DNA from: Acidobacteriota bacterium | GTDB lineage: Bacteria; Acidobacteriota; UBA6911; RPQK01; JAJDTT01 | Direction: 5' to 3' | Assembly: GCA_965217775.1 (NCBI GenBank) | Contig: CBDCJH010000002.1 | Span: forward strand, 2,848,001 to 2,912,000 | DNA: 64,000 nt | Part shown: positions 8,450 through 18,521 of the stretch, piece by piece | Layout of the letters: each line of letters starts with the position of its first letter | Numbering within the stretch: the first letter of the stretch is position 1 | Notes under the pieces: model-generated | What the model saw: only the letters and a program-made list of their open reading frames with translations | What the model was told of the DNA's origin: nothing | Database searches by the model: none | Made by a program: the position numbers and the translations under genes

Positions 8450-10474
8450 CTAGAGAAACTGCAGGTCGCGCATCACGGCCGCCGTGGAGACGCAGGCGAT
8501 GCTCAGGAAGAACAGGGCGCAGGCCACCATGATCAGCCTGATGTACCAGGCGGGCCTCAGCTCCCGGGGCAACAGTTTGCAGTTGACGGCCAGGACGCAG
8601 AGCGCGGAGAACCCCAGACCGAAGTTCAACGGGATGCCCGCAATCTTCACGATCATCATGCGGTCGGGAATCAGGGTCAGCGCCATCACTCCCCAGATGG
8701 CGTAGGCGGCCAGGAGTCCGTAGTAGACATACTTGACCTTCTCTTCCTCCAGCCCCCGGGCGCGGGTGCTGGCGGTCCAGATCAGATCGGTCCAACGCCG
8801 GCAGAAGGCATCCGCCGCCGCGATCTGGGTCGGGCCCAGGACCAGGAAGCCGCAGAGCAGGGTGAGAAACCAGAAGATGGGTTCGCCCGTCTTCTCGACG
8901 ACTCCCTGCGCCGTCAAGGCGGCCAGCGAATCGCCCCGGACCTGCTGTCCGGCGGCGAACTGAAGCGAGAGCAGGGCCGGTATGCCCATGCCCAGGATAC
9001 AGCCCACGACCCAGATCCCCAGTTGGTCCCGAATCGTGACCTTGCGCCATCCCGTCCACATTTTTTTCGATTCCGGCGTGATCTGGAACACCCGGCCCTC
9101 GTGGAGCAGACTGATGCCCTTCCCGCCCACGGCGCTGGCGATGGCGCCCACCCGGGCCCCCATTCCCCAGCCTTTGTCCCGAACGTAGTTGGCGAAACTG
9201 GCGTTGCCGAGCCCTCCGCTTCCGGCAATGGCGGCGAAAATGGCCAACAGCCCCACGTCCAGAGCCGGCCTTGCCCCTCCGATTCCGAAGGTCCCCCGGA
9301 ACAGTTCCGACCACGTCAACGGGTTCCCGCCCACTTCGGGAAGCGCGCCGAACTTGACGAACCCCGAAAAGATCTCGACCCAGACCCGCCATTCGACGTA
9401 GAAGACCCCCAGGAAGATGAGAAAGCCCAGGACCAGGACCGTCTTGGCGGCCATGATCTTCTCCACCATGTTGTAGACCTTGCCGCCGAAGATCAGCGGG
9501 ACGAAGGCAGAGAGGAAGATGGCGTAGCCGAGCCAGCTCACAGTCCTCCTCTCCGGATCGACCCACTTTTCCAGCACCGGGCCGGGCGTGGCTTTCCACC
9601 GGTCCGTGACGCCATAGGCGCTCGGGTTCCGAGCCATTTCATGGACGATCTCGGCCGGAAGTCCGGTTTCGCGGATGACCTGCTCCACGGGAGCGAACAA
9701 CTCCGGCCTCCCTTGAACCTTTTCCAAGATCTCGGAGTCCAGACCGGTTCTGGCCGCCACCTCCGTGACCGATGCCCCGTCCTGCCACTCGGTGAGCGGA
9801 TGAGGCAGGGGCCGCCAGCGGCGGGTGTCGCCGTAATTCTCCGGGTTCCGTGACATCTCCCGGATCACCTCGACCGGCAGTCCCGTGTCGCGCTCGATGT
9901 CCTGGACTCGTCCGAAACGACCGGGGTGTTGCGACATCTCCTCTACCAGCCGAGCCGAAAGGCCCGTCTCGGCCACGATTTCCTCCTGGGAAAGATAGGT
10001 CGTGGGAAGCGTCCCCGGGAGATGCCCCAAAAAAGCCGCCAACAGGGGAACCGCCGCGTTGGCGGACAGGTAGGGCCAGATGGCGCCGAAGTCGACCACC
10101 AGGAAGACGCCGGTCCAGAAGCGCGGGCCCGGCGCCAATCGGAAAAAGCCGGTGAACATGGGCTCGCCGCAATAGAGGGCGTAGCGCATCACCTCCAGGT
10201 TGTAGCAGCACTGGAACAGGATGCTCATGGTGGCGATCCACATCAGCACCCCGCCGTATTGTGCCGTCAGGGCGGGACCGGTCAGCCACTCCCCTCCTCC
10301 GATGGCCAATCCCACCATGAGCAGGCCCGGTCCCAGGAACCGGCGCAAATCGAAGCGGTCGGGGGGAGGAACGGGAAGCGTGTCCACTCCCCAGGGCGCC
10401 ATTTTCCCGGCCGGGACGCGGAGGTTGGCGGCGGGATCCGTGCCGGGAGTGTGGCTGTGTGTCTGGTCGGTCAT
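8450..10474 (-). CDS. Nramp/APC-superfamily (YcsG-like) membrane transporter with an inserted soluble repeat domain
   Basis: LGPGLLMVGLAIGGGEW TM1 motif, about 11 hydrophobic segments, YVRDKGWGMG; ~140-aa polar insertion. Confidence 0.75.
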   Translation of the reverse strand: MTDQTHSHTPGTDPAANLRVPAGKMAPWGVDTLPVPPPDRFDLRRFLGPGLLMVGLAIGGGEWLTGPALTAQYGGVLMWIATMSILFQCCYNLEVMRYALYCGEPMFTGFFRLAPGPRFWTGVFLVVDFGAIWPYLSANAAVPLLAAFLGHLPGTLPTTYLSQEEIVAETGLSARLVEEMSQHPGRFGRVQDIERDTGLPVEVIREMSRNPENYGDTRRWRPLPHPLTEWQDGASVTEVAARTGLDSEILEKVQGRPELFAPVEQVIRETGLPAEIVHEMARNPSAYGVTDRWKATPGPVLEKWVDPERRTVSWLGYAIFLSAFVPLIFGGKVYNMVEKIMAAKTVLVLGFLIFLGVFYVEWRVWVEIFSGFVKFGALPEVGGNPLTWSELFRGTFGIGGARPALDVGLLAIFAAIAGSGGLGNASFANYVRDKGWGMGARVGAIASAVGGKGISLLHEGRVFQITPESKKMWTGWRKVTIRDQLGIWVVGCILGMGIPALLSLQFAAGQQVRGDSLAALTAQGVVEKTGEPIFWFLTLLCGFLVLGPTQIAAADAFCRRWTDLIWTASTRARGLEEEKVKYVYYGLLAAYAIWGVMALTLIPDRMMIVKIAGIPLNFGLGFSALCVLAVNCKLLPRELRPAWYIRLIMVACALFFLSIACVSTAAVMRDLQFL

Positions 10475-10702
10475 TTGCCCCCCTGGAGAAGACGCGTAAC
10501 GTTATTCCCTGAAGCAGGTCATCTGAACTTGTCGAGGTTACGCCGACGCGGATCGACCGACCAGCAGCCAGCGTTTTCGATTCGATATCTGGCCGCAGGC
10601 TCGGCGGACATTCGATCGAATGCTAGAACCCTACCACGGCCAGGATTCCTGTCAAACGGCGGTTTCCGGCTCCCAATACCGGCTCGGTCACTGGCAAGGC
10701 AC

Positions 10703-10790
10703 GTAGGGGCGCCCCTTGTGTGTTTGCCCTCTTCGGTCCAAAGCGGAGCAAGGCGGGACCAGACGCAAGGTGTAGAAGGGGACAGTCTTT
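10703..10790 (+). repeat. GTAG REP plus GGGACAGTC composite repeat
   Basis: GTAGGGGCGCCCCTTGTGTG...CTCTTCGGTCC followed by GTAGAAGGGGACAGTC, like 3447-3535. Confidence 0.65.
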
Positions 10791-10835
10791 TTTTCTTAGC
10801 TGCGCTCTGGTTCACTTTCTCTATTGTGGCTCGAC

Positions 10836-11255
10836 TCACTCCAGGAATGGATTCGTGATCACGACGCCTGAAATCTGCTGTCCATGCTGAAGATCTTCGC
10901 TGTAGAGGGTTCTGCAGCCCGATTCGATCGCGGCCGCAACGATCAGGCTATCGTAGAAGCCGAGCCGATAGCGAACTTTCAGGTCGAGGGTATTCTGGTA
11001 AAGCGCCTGGGTCGGGAAGACCCGACAAAGAGGCATCAAGATTCCGTTCAATAGCTGTCGAGCCGTCTCCGGTGGCACCTTGAGCTTACCCGTCATGACA
11101 TTGAGGGTTTCCTGGACGACCTGGAAACTGATGCAACCGGTTTGGCGCTCCAAGGCCCGTTGAACCAAACGCTCTGCTCGTTCCCGCTTGCTGTCGTCGG
11201 TCTCATCGAACAAGTAAACGAAGACGTTGGTGTCGAGGAAGCTTTCAACGCTCAT
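10836..11255 (-). CDS. vapC: PIN-domain toxin (VapC family)
   Basis: FLDTNVFVY, QVVQE, FYDSLIVAAA and LYSEDLQHG motifs. Confidence 0.9.
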   Translation of the reverse strand: MSVESFLDTNVFVYLFDETDDSKRERAERLVQRALERQTGCISFQVVQETLNVMTGKLKVPPETARQLLNGILMPLCRVFPTQALYQNTLDLKVRYRLGFYDSLIVAAAIESGCRTLYSEDLQHGQQISGVVITNPFLE

Positions 11256-11469
11256 TCATTTGATCCCGAGTGAACTTGCGTCCTCCGGTGAATATGCGGC
11301 CTTGCAGTTCGCGGATCACTCTCATGGCCTCGGCAGCCTGCTGCTCGCGTCGAACGTAGTTTTCGAGCCAGACTCGAAATTGCTCGTTCAACGTCGTGTG
11401 CTCCGCAGCAGCACGCCAGCGCGCCGCTTCAATCAGATTCTCGTCGGCACTCAACGTAATGTTTTTCAT
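11245..11469 (-). CDS. Antitoxin (RHH / DUF6364-like)
   Basis: MKNITLSADENLIEAAR...KFTRDQMNER; overlaps the toxin start by 11 nt. Confidence 0.8.
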   Translation of the reverse strand: MKNITLSADENLIEAARWRAAAEHTTLNEQFRVWLENYVRREQQAAEAMRVIRELQGRIFTGGRKFTRDQMNER

Positions 11470-11496
11470 CTATCAGATCTCTACTTTCATGGGGAA

Positions 11497-11519
11497 GTGT
11501 ACACTGTTTCAGTGTACAC
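11497..11519. promoter_or_regulatory. Palindromic operator of the TA module
   Basis: GTGTACACTG-TTT-CAGTGTACAC, 28 bp upstream of the antitoxin start. Confidence 0.65.
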
Positions 11520-11531
11520 GATCCTAGTGTG

Positions 11532-11587
11532 ATAGAAAGGGACAGTCCATTGTTCCGTCATAGAAAGGGACAGTCCATTGTTCCGTC
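11532..11587 (+). repeat. 28-bp perfect tandem duplication carrying the AAAGGGACAGTC motif
   Basis: ATAGAAAGGGACAGTCCATTGTTCCGTC x2. Confidence 0.8.
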
Positions 11588-11592
11588 GTCCG

Positions 11593-11683
11593 TCACCCGA
11601 CGGTGTCCGGTTCCCAAAAGCCCGCTTCGTGAAGATCCCGGCAGGGGATCAGGCTCCCTTCTGTCCGCTGCTGGGGTTGATCG
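11593..11683 (-). pseudogene. 3' remnant of a second DUF4143 ATPase copy
   Basis: DQPQQRTEGSLIPCRDLHEAGFWEPDTVG matches the C-terminus of 3552..4400. Confidence 0.75.
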
Positions 11684-11849
11684 TCAACGTAAAAAGGGAC
11701 AGTCTTTTCAGTGCAGTAGAAAGGGAAGGGCAGTAGAAAGGGACAGTCTGTTTTTCGGGGTCTCACTCCCACTACCTCTGCCCGCGAGCTCGTGAATGAC
11801 ACGGACGACGTACGGCCAGAGGGCGCGGCGCCGGAGTGGCAGGGACGGG

Positions 11850-14332
11850 CTAGAAGAACCGCATGATGTAGGTCACCCGCACGCCGCGGCCGATCTCCGG
11901 CGCCAGGTCCTTGATGAAGGAGGAGTGGTTGCGGTAGAGGCGATCGCCCAGGTTGAAGACGTTCACCGCGACCTGATGCGCCACATGCTGCTGGGCGTAG
12001 GTATAGGAGGCCTTCAGATTCACGACGCCATAGCCGGGGGTCCGGGTCTCGCCGGTGAAGGTCTGGTTCTGCTCGCTGGCCAGAATCAACTCCGGGTTGA
12101 TCCGCAACGCGCCGTAGTTGAGATCCAAACCGATCTTGCCCCGCAACGGCGGGATTCTGGGCAGCGGCGTGCCGGTGTCGGTGTCCTGGGCGTCGACCAG
12201 GTCCAGGCCCAGATCGAGCCAGAGGGCGAGTTCAGGCGGATGTCGAGGCCCGCCTCCGCCCCCACGTAGCGGGCATTCCGCTGGGTGAACTCGATCACCG
12301 TCAGTCCACTCTGCTGCTCGCCCGGGGCGTAGGGGAAGATGAAGTTCCGGAATCCGTAGTAGAAGAAATTCACGCTGCCCTGCACCGGTTCGTCTTCATG
12401 ACGCAATGACAGCTCGATCCCGTCTCCGGTCTCCGCCAGCAGGGACGGGTTGCCGACCTCGAAGGCGAGATTCCCGGCGTGCGGCCCGAAATTGTAGAGC
12501 TCCTCCAGGGAAGGGGCCCGATACGAATGGGCATAGTTGGCGACGAAAGCCCCACCGTGCCAGGTCTCGGCGTGAATACCGACTGAGGCGGAGGCTCCGG
12601 TGAAGGTCCTTTCGACCGCTTCGGCGATCTCCTCGTCGTGGTCGTCCTCGTGCTCCATCTCGTGATCGTCTGCTTCGGCGTGATGGTCATCCTCGTCACC
12701 GGCGGTACCGCGCAGGCCGAAAGCCGGCCTGTAGCGTTGAGTCTCCACACGCCCGCCGAGCTGGATCTTGAAGGTATCGAAATCCAGCACCTGCAAGGCG
12801 AAAACCGCGAATGCGTTCTGGTCGACCGGGGGCGCCAGCGCTTCTTCTCCCGAGGCCGAATAGTCTCGCGCCAGTCCCCAGAATCCGAAGCGCCCACTCA
12901 ACGGTCCCGCCTCTCCTTGCTCGAAGGCTCCCCGATAGGTGAACTGGCGGTTGTCGAACTCGGTGCCCACGAGTCTCTCATCGTGCTCCAGGTACTCGAC
13001 CTCTTCTTGAAACCAGTCGGTGTAGCCCAACCTCAGCACGAAATGGTCGATGGCGCCGCCCAATTCCTTCAACCCCCAATTGAAACGGTAGGTCCGGCGT
13101 TGGGTGTCGACCTGGACGCGTTCGATCTCCTCATGACCGTGCTCGTCGTCTTCGTGGTGGTCTTCCTCATCGTGGTCCCCTTCCTCCTCATCGTGGTCAC
13201 CTTCCTCCTCGTCGTGGTCACCTTCCTCCTCGTCGTGATGTTCGTCCTCCCCCCCAAGATGAGCGTGGTAGTTCTGGACGAAGGGGACGCCGTAGGACCC
13301 GTCATCAAATTTGGTCTCTACGCTGAAGAACATCTTCTCGCCGTAGAACCCGAATCCGCCGCCGCCGTTGGTCACTCCCGAACGGGAGTTGAAGATCTTG
13401 CCCTGCCCGGGTGCTGTGTAGTCCCCGGTTCGAACGCCGCCGCCCTGACCCCAGAACAACCATTCGCCGACGCCGTACTCGACCGCGGCATTGACCCCGC
13501 CCAACGCATTGGTCGTCCCGGCCGAGCCGGAGACGAAACCTCGCACACCCTCGTGGGGGTGATGGTGAACCTGGTGATGGCGGCTGATGGCATTGACCGT
13601 CCCTCCCATGGCGCTCCCGCTGTAGAGCAACGTGGCCGGTCCCTTGACGATCTCCATTCGCTCCAGTTGGGCCGGGTTGATCAATTCCCCATGATCTCCC
13701 GACTGGGAGGCCAGGGACCCGGTCCGGATCCCGTCCTCCAGAATCAGGATCCGATCGCCGTCGAACCCCCGGATGATGGGCCGGGATGCGCCCGGTCCGA
13801 AGCCCCGCTTGGCGATTCCGGTGCCCACCTTGTGGTCCAATAACTCGCCCACCGAGACGTTCGCCGACTCGGCCAAGTCATACGGTCCCAACGATTCGAT
13901 GCTCTGAAAGGCCTCGAAAACCGTTTCGTGCCCCTCATGACCCGTCACCGTGACCTCGTACCGTCGAGGCAACAACTCCAACACGATGCCGGCCTCCGTC
14001 GTCTCCCCCGGCTCGATGGTCACGGTGATGTGGACCTCGGTGAAGAGACTGTCCAGATGGCCTATCAGATGGTAGGTCCCGGGAGGCACATCCTCGAACT
14101 CGTAGACTCCATCGTGTTCGGTGACGGTGCTGCGGTCGAGGTCCTCGATCGCCACGCTGACGTGGTGCAGGGGTTCACCCGTCTCCTTGAGCGTCACGAT
14201 ACCCTTCAGCGCACCGTGCGATTCCGCCGCAGCCATGGGTTGGAGCGCCGGTGAAAGCAAGACGATCCATAACCGAAGAAACTTGAGGCCTACGCGACTG
14301 CATCGGCCAGATTTCACGAGAACTTGCGCCAT
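11850..14332 (-). pseudogene. Second His/Glu-rich TonB-dependent receptor with a single 1-bp deletion near 12224 (pseudogene or sequencing error)
   Basis: ORF 12086..14332 is collinear with 4531..6939 up to RLNSP; the C-terminus continues in ORF 11850..12146; one extra G at GGG 12224-12226 restores NSPLWLDLG. Confidence 0.85.
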
Positions 14333-14378
14333 GATGCCCGTTTACTCACGAATAACCGAAACCGCCACTGATCGATAG

Positions 14379-14407
14379 TTGACATTGCCCTGATCACCAC
14401 AACAATA
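14379..14407 (+). promoter_or_regulatory. Possible sigma70 promoter for the CDF gene
   Basis: TTGACA at 14379 with a weak -10-like AACAAT about 16 nt downstream, in an AT-rich divergent spacer. Confidence 0.35.
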
Positions 14408-14458
14408 TTGAGTTTATTCGCCAATTTACAGCACAATTCCGTTGATTTGAATCACACG

Positions 14459-15436
14459 ATGGACACACATCATCACAATCACGGCCACCATCATCACGGA
14501 CCTGGGGAACATGACCACGATCTGCACGGCGCCAGCCGGCGCAGCCTGACCGTCGCCCTCGTCTTGACCGTCGGGTATATGGTCATCCAGCTCGTCGGCA
14601 GCATCCTCTCCGGCAGTCTGGCGCTGCTGGCAGAGGCCGCACACAAGGTGACGGACGCGGCGTCCATCGGCTTCGCCCTGGTCGCCCTCCATTTCTCGAC
14701 CCGGCCCGCCTCCGCCCAACGGACCTTCGGCTATCGCCGCCTGGAGATCCTGGCGGCCCTGGTCAACGCCCTCTCCCTCTGGCTGGTCGCCGGGTGGCTG
14801 ATCATGGAGGCATACGAACGCACCCATGATGCGCTCCATCACGTCGAAGGCGGAGTCATGCTGGCGTTCGGCGCAGTCGGCCTGCTGGTCAATCTCTCGG
14901 TGGCCTGGGTCCTCCACCGCTCGTCCAAGCACAGCGTCAACGTCGAGGGTGCCTTCCGGCACGTCATGGTCGATCTGCTGGGGACCGTCGGCGTGGTGGT
15001 CTCCGGCCTGCTGGTCTGGGCCTTCCACTGGGACCATGCGGACACGGTCGTGAGCGTGATCATCGGCGCCCTCATCCTGCTCAGCACCTGGCGTCTGATC
15101 GGAAAAGTCGTGCATGTGCTGCTTGAGGGGGTGCCCAAACACATCGACGTCTATCGGCTCTGCAGCGAGATGGAAGAGGTGCAAGGCGTCGGCCTGATCC
15201 ACGACATCCACGTCTGGAGCCTCGTCCCCGGCTACGAGATGCTCACGGCCCACGTCCTGGTCGATCCCGAGTTCGAAGACCTGGAATTCCTGCGGCGCCG
15301 CCTGCGAGAGATCGCAGCCGATGATTTCGGCATCCACCACATCACCATTCAACTGGAGTACACGGCGGACGGATGTACCGAACACCACCACGTCGACCAT
15401 CTGCACGCGTACAGCGCGGACGATAGAATCTCCTGA
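14459..15436 (+). CDS. Cation diffusion facilitator (CzcD/ZitB-like metal exporter)
   Basis: His-rich N-terminus, SGSLALLAEAAHKVTD, RTFGYRRLEILAAL, HVMVDLLG, HDIHVW and HITIQLE. Confidence 0.9.
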   Translation: MDTHHHNHGHHHHGPGEHDHDLHGASRRSLTVALVLTVGYMVIQLVGSILSGSLALLAEAAHKVTDAASIGFALVALHFSTRPASAQRTFGYRRLEILAALVNALSLWLVAGWLIMEAYERTHDALHHVEGGVMLAFGAVGLLVNLSVAWVLHRSSKHSVNVEGAFRHVMVDLLGTVGVVVSGLLVWAFHWDHADTVVSVIIGALILLSTWRLIGKVVHVLLEGVPKHIDVYRLCSEMEEVQGVGLIHDIHVWSLVPGYEMLTAHVLVDPEFEDLEFLRRRLREIAADDFGIHHITIQLEYTADGCTEHHHVDHLHAYSADDRIS

Positions 15437-15562
15437 GAAACCGGGGAAAGGCGGTTCCGGGTCGGCGCTGAAGAGGGGGACAAGAATGTCCCCCCTCCCA
15501 CCGGGGCTCGGGACGGCAGTGAGTGTTCCGTCCGAATCTCGCGTTCACCAGACGCCTCCAGT

Positions 15563-18517
15563 ATGATGGCCGCAATCCGGAGCTTCTCGATGATGCCTAA
15601 TTCAGGGAACACCTTGGCATTCCTCAGGGTCTGCCGCCGTCTCATCTGGCTCGCTCCCTTGTTGTTCACTCCCGTTTCCGGAGCCGGCGAGGCTCGATCT
15701 GACGTCTTCGAGTCTTCGATTCTTCCCATCTTCGAGAACAGTTGCCTGGCCTGTCACGGCGAATCCACACCTCAGGCCGAACTGGACCTGCGAACGGCCG
15801 CCTCGATCCTGAAGGGCGGCAAGTCGGGTCCGGCCGTCATCGCAGGGTCGGCGGATCGGAGCCTGCTGCTGGACAAGGTGGTCTCCGGAACCATGCCTCC
15901 CGGAGACGATGCGCTGCGCCGGGAGGAAATCGCAGCCATTCGCGGCTGGATCGACCGGCTGGGACAGGCGCACGCGGCCTTGGCTTCCGGGGGAATCAGC
16001 GAGCAGGACGTGCTCCCCATCTTTCTCATGAGATGCGTGGTCTGTCACGGCAAGCGGGCGCAGGAAGGGGGTCTGGACCTCAGGACGCAGGCCGGGCGAC
16101 TCCACGGCGGCAAGTCGGGGCCGGCGCTGGTTCCCGGAGACCCCGAAGCCAGTCTTCTGTTTCAGCGCATCGTGCGCGAGGAGATGCCCCCGGAACACCT
16201 CCTCTTCAAATACCGGGTGCGGCCTCCCAGCACCGAGGAGGTGGAGACCCTGCGCCGGTGGATCGCAGCCGGCGCCCTCACGGACCCGCCTCTTGACCCG
16301 AGCCGGGAAGCCGATCTCGCCCCGACCGAGGGCGACCGCCAATTCTGGTCCTTCCAGACTCCGAGACGACCTCCGATTCCAACGGTCGAGCACGGCGACC
16401 TGGTCCGGAATCCCATCGACGCCTTCCTGCTGGAAAAGCTGGAAGCCCACGGCCTGAGCTTCTCTCCCGAAACGGATCGTCTCACCCTCATGCGCCGGGC
16501 CTACCTGGACCTCGTCGGGATGCCTCCCACCGCGGTCCAGGTCCGAGCCTATCTGCAAGACGGGTCCCCGGACGCCTACGAGCGCATGATCGAGGACCTG
16601 TTGAGCTCGCCCCACTACGGAGAGCGCTGGGCCCAGCACTGGCTGGACGTGGCGGGCTATGCCGATACCGAGGGGATCAAGCACGCCGACCATTTCCGTC
16701 CCCAGGCCTGGCGCTACCGGGACTACGTGATCCGCTCCCTGAACCAGGACAAGCCCTATGACCGGTTCCTGGTGGAGCAGTTGGCCGGAGACGAGTTGGT
16801 GGACTACAAGAAGGAGGTCACCCCGGCCGTGCTGGAGTCGCTGGCCGCCACCGGCTTTCTCAGGCTCGCTTCGGATCCCACCGACTCGCCGACGAACGCC
16901 TCCCTGGCCGAGAAGATGGACGTGATCCACGACGAGATCCAGGTGCTGGGCTCGTCGGTCCTGGGTCTGACCATGGGATGCGCGCGCTGCCACGACCACA
17001 AGTACGACCCCATCTCGCAGCAGGACTATTACCGCCTCAGCGCCATTTTTCAGAGCGCATACGACCCCTACGACTGGCTGGACCCCACCCAACGCTATCT
17101 GAAGGTCGGTGACCCGGAGGAAATCGAGGAGACGGAGCGCCACAACGCTCCCATCCGGAAGCAGATCGGTGACCTGGAGAGAGCCTGGAAGGCCAAGACG
17201 GAGCCGCTTCGAAACCGGATCCTGGAAGCCCGCCTGGCGGCCCTGCCCGAAGCCCTCCGGCAGGACCTCGGAACCCTGCTGAAGACTCCGGAGGAAGATC
17301 GCGATCCGGTTCAGAAATACCTGCAACGCCGATTCCGCAAGACCCTGAAGGTGAGCGACCAGGCGCTGCCCCTCGCAGATGACCAGTTCAAGGCCCCATT
17401 GGACGAGTACAACAAGGCTCTGGCCGACCTCAAGAAGAAGCTGCGGGCCAAACCCGCCATCCGGGCTCTGTTCGACATGGGCGGCGAGGGCTCCCCGGCC
17501 TACGTCCTGCGGCGCGGCAACGCCGAGACCATCGGGGAACGGGTCTATCCCGGAGTGCCTTCGGTCCTCCGCGCGAACCTGCCCGAATACAAGCCGGAAC
17601 TCCCTTCGGAGCGAACCGACACCACCGGCACCCGTCTGGCACTGGCCCGCTGGTTGATCCATCCGGACCATCCCCTGACCTCCCGGGTCCCGGTCAACCG
17701 GGTCTGGATGCATCACTTCGGCCGCGGCATCGTCGCCACGCCCGCCGACTTCGGCCGAACCGGCGCCCGGCCCTCGCACCCGGAGCTTTTGGACTGGCTC
17801 GCGACCTGGTTCGTGGACCAGGACTGGAGCCTCAAGTCGCTGCACCGGCTCATGATGACCTCCACGGCGTACCGTCAGAGTTCGCGCCGAGGTCCGGAAG
17901 GCGGCGCCGATCCGGATGGGCACCTCTGGTCCCGCATGACGTTGCGGCGGATGGAAGCGGAGGTCCTCTACGATTCCATGCTCCAAGCGGCAGGCCGGTT
18001 GGACCCGGACCGGTTCGGTCCGGCCGAACCGGTGGAGAAGATGGCCGACGGCGAGGTCGTTGCCAAGGGATCGAAGCAGGGATGGAGGCGGGCCATCTAC
18101 ACCGAGAAACGGCGCCTCACGCGGATGACGTTTCTGGATCTCTTCGACGCCCCGCAGATGGCGCCCAACTGCACCGAGCGAATCTCCTCCAACGTGGCGC
18201 CCCAGGCCCTGCAGTTGATGAACGGGTACCTGACCCGGAAGCTGTCCCGCCATCTGGCGGGCCGCCTCGTGGACGCCCATCCCCATCGGTCGGAGGACCA
18301 GATTCGGGAACTCTACCTGCGGGTCCTCTCCCGGGAACCCACTCCCGGGGAGATTCGCATGTCCCTGGATTCCCTCTCCGAACTGGCGGAGAAGTGGGTC
18401 CACCACCTGGAGAACGAAAACGACGAAGCTCCGCGCCGAAACACGGCCCACTGGTCCGCGCTGGCATCCGTGTCTCACGCCTTGCTCACGTCGGCGGAGT
18501 TCTCCTACATCGATTAG
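15563..18517 (+). CDS. Planctomycete-type cytochrome c protein (2x PSCyt1 plus DUF1549/DUF1553 PSD1)
   Basis: CLACH, CVVCH and CARCHDHK heme motifs; [37 protein letters not shown]; start codon uncertain. Confidence 0.9.
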   Translation: MMAAIRSFSMMPNSGNTLAFLRVCRRLIWLAPLLFTPVSGAGEARSDVFESSILPIFENSCLACHGESTPQAELDLRTAASILKGGKSGPAVIAGSADRSLLLDKVVSGTMPPGDDALRREEIAAIRGWIDRLGQAHAALASGGISEQDVLPIFLMRCVVCHGKRAQEGGLDLRTQAGRLHGGKSGPALVPGDPEASLLFQRIVREEMPPEHLLFKYRVRPPSTEEVETLRRWIAAGALTDPPLDPSREADLAPTEGDRQFWSFQTPRRPPIPTVEHGDLVRNPIDAFLLEKLEAHGLSFSPETDRLTLMRRAYLDLVGMPPTAVQVRAYLQDGSPDAYERMIEDLLSSPHYGERWAQHWLDVAGYADTEGIKHADHFRPQAWRYRDYVIRSLNQDKPYDRFLVEQLAGDELVDYKKEVTPAVLESLAATGFLRLASDPTDSPTNASLAEKMDVIHDEIQVLGSSVLGLTMGCARCHDHKYDPISQQDYYRLSAIFQSAYDPYDWLDPTQRYLKVGDPEEIEETERHNAPIRKQIGDLERAWKAKTEPLRNRILEARLAALPEALRQDLGTLLKTPEEDRDPVQKYLQRRFRKTLKVSDQALPLADDQFKAPLDEYNKALADLKKKLRAKPAIRALFDMGGEGSPAYVLRRGNAETIGERVYPGVPSVLRANLPEYKPELPSERTDTTGTRLALARWLIHPDHPLTSRVPVNRVWMHHFGRGIVATPADFGRTGARPSHPELLDWLATWFVDQDWSLKSLHRLMMTSTAYRQSSRRGPEGGADPDGHLWSRMTLRRMEAEVLYDSMLQAAGRLDPDRFGPAEPVEKMADGEVVAKGSKQGWRRAIYTEKRRLTRMTFLDLFDAPQMAPNCTERISSNVAPQALQLMNGYLTRKLSRHLAGRLVDAHPHRSEDQIRELYLRVLSREPTPGEIRMSLDSLSELAEKWVHHLENENDEAPRRNTAHWSALASVSHALLTSAEFSYID

Positions 18518-18521
18518 GCCG

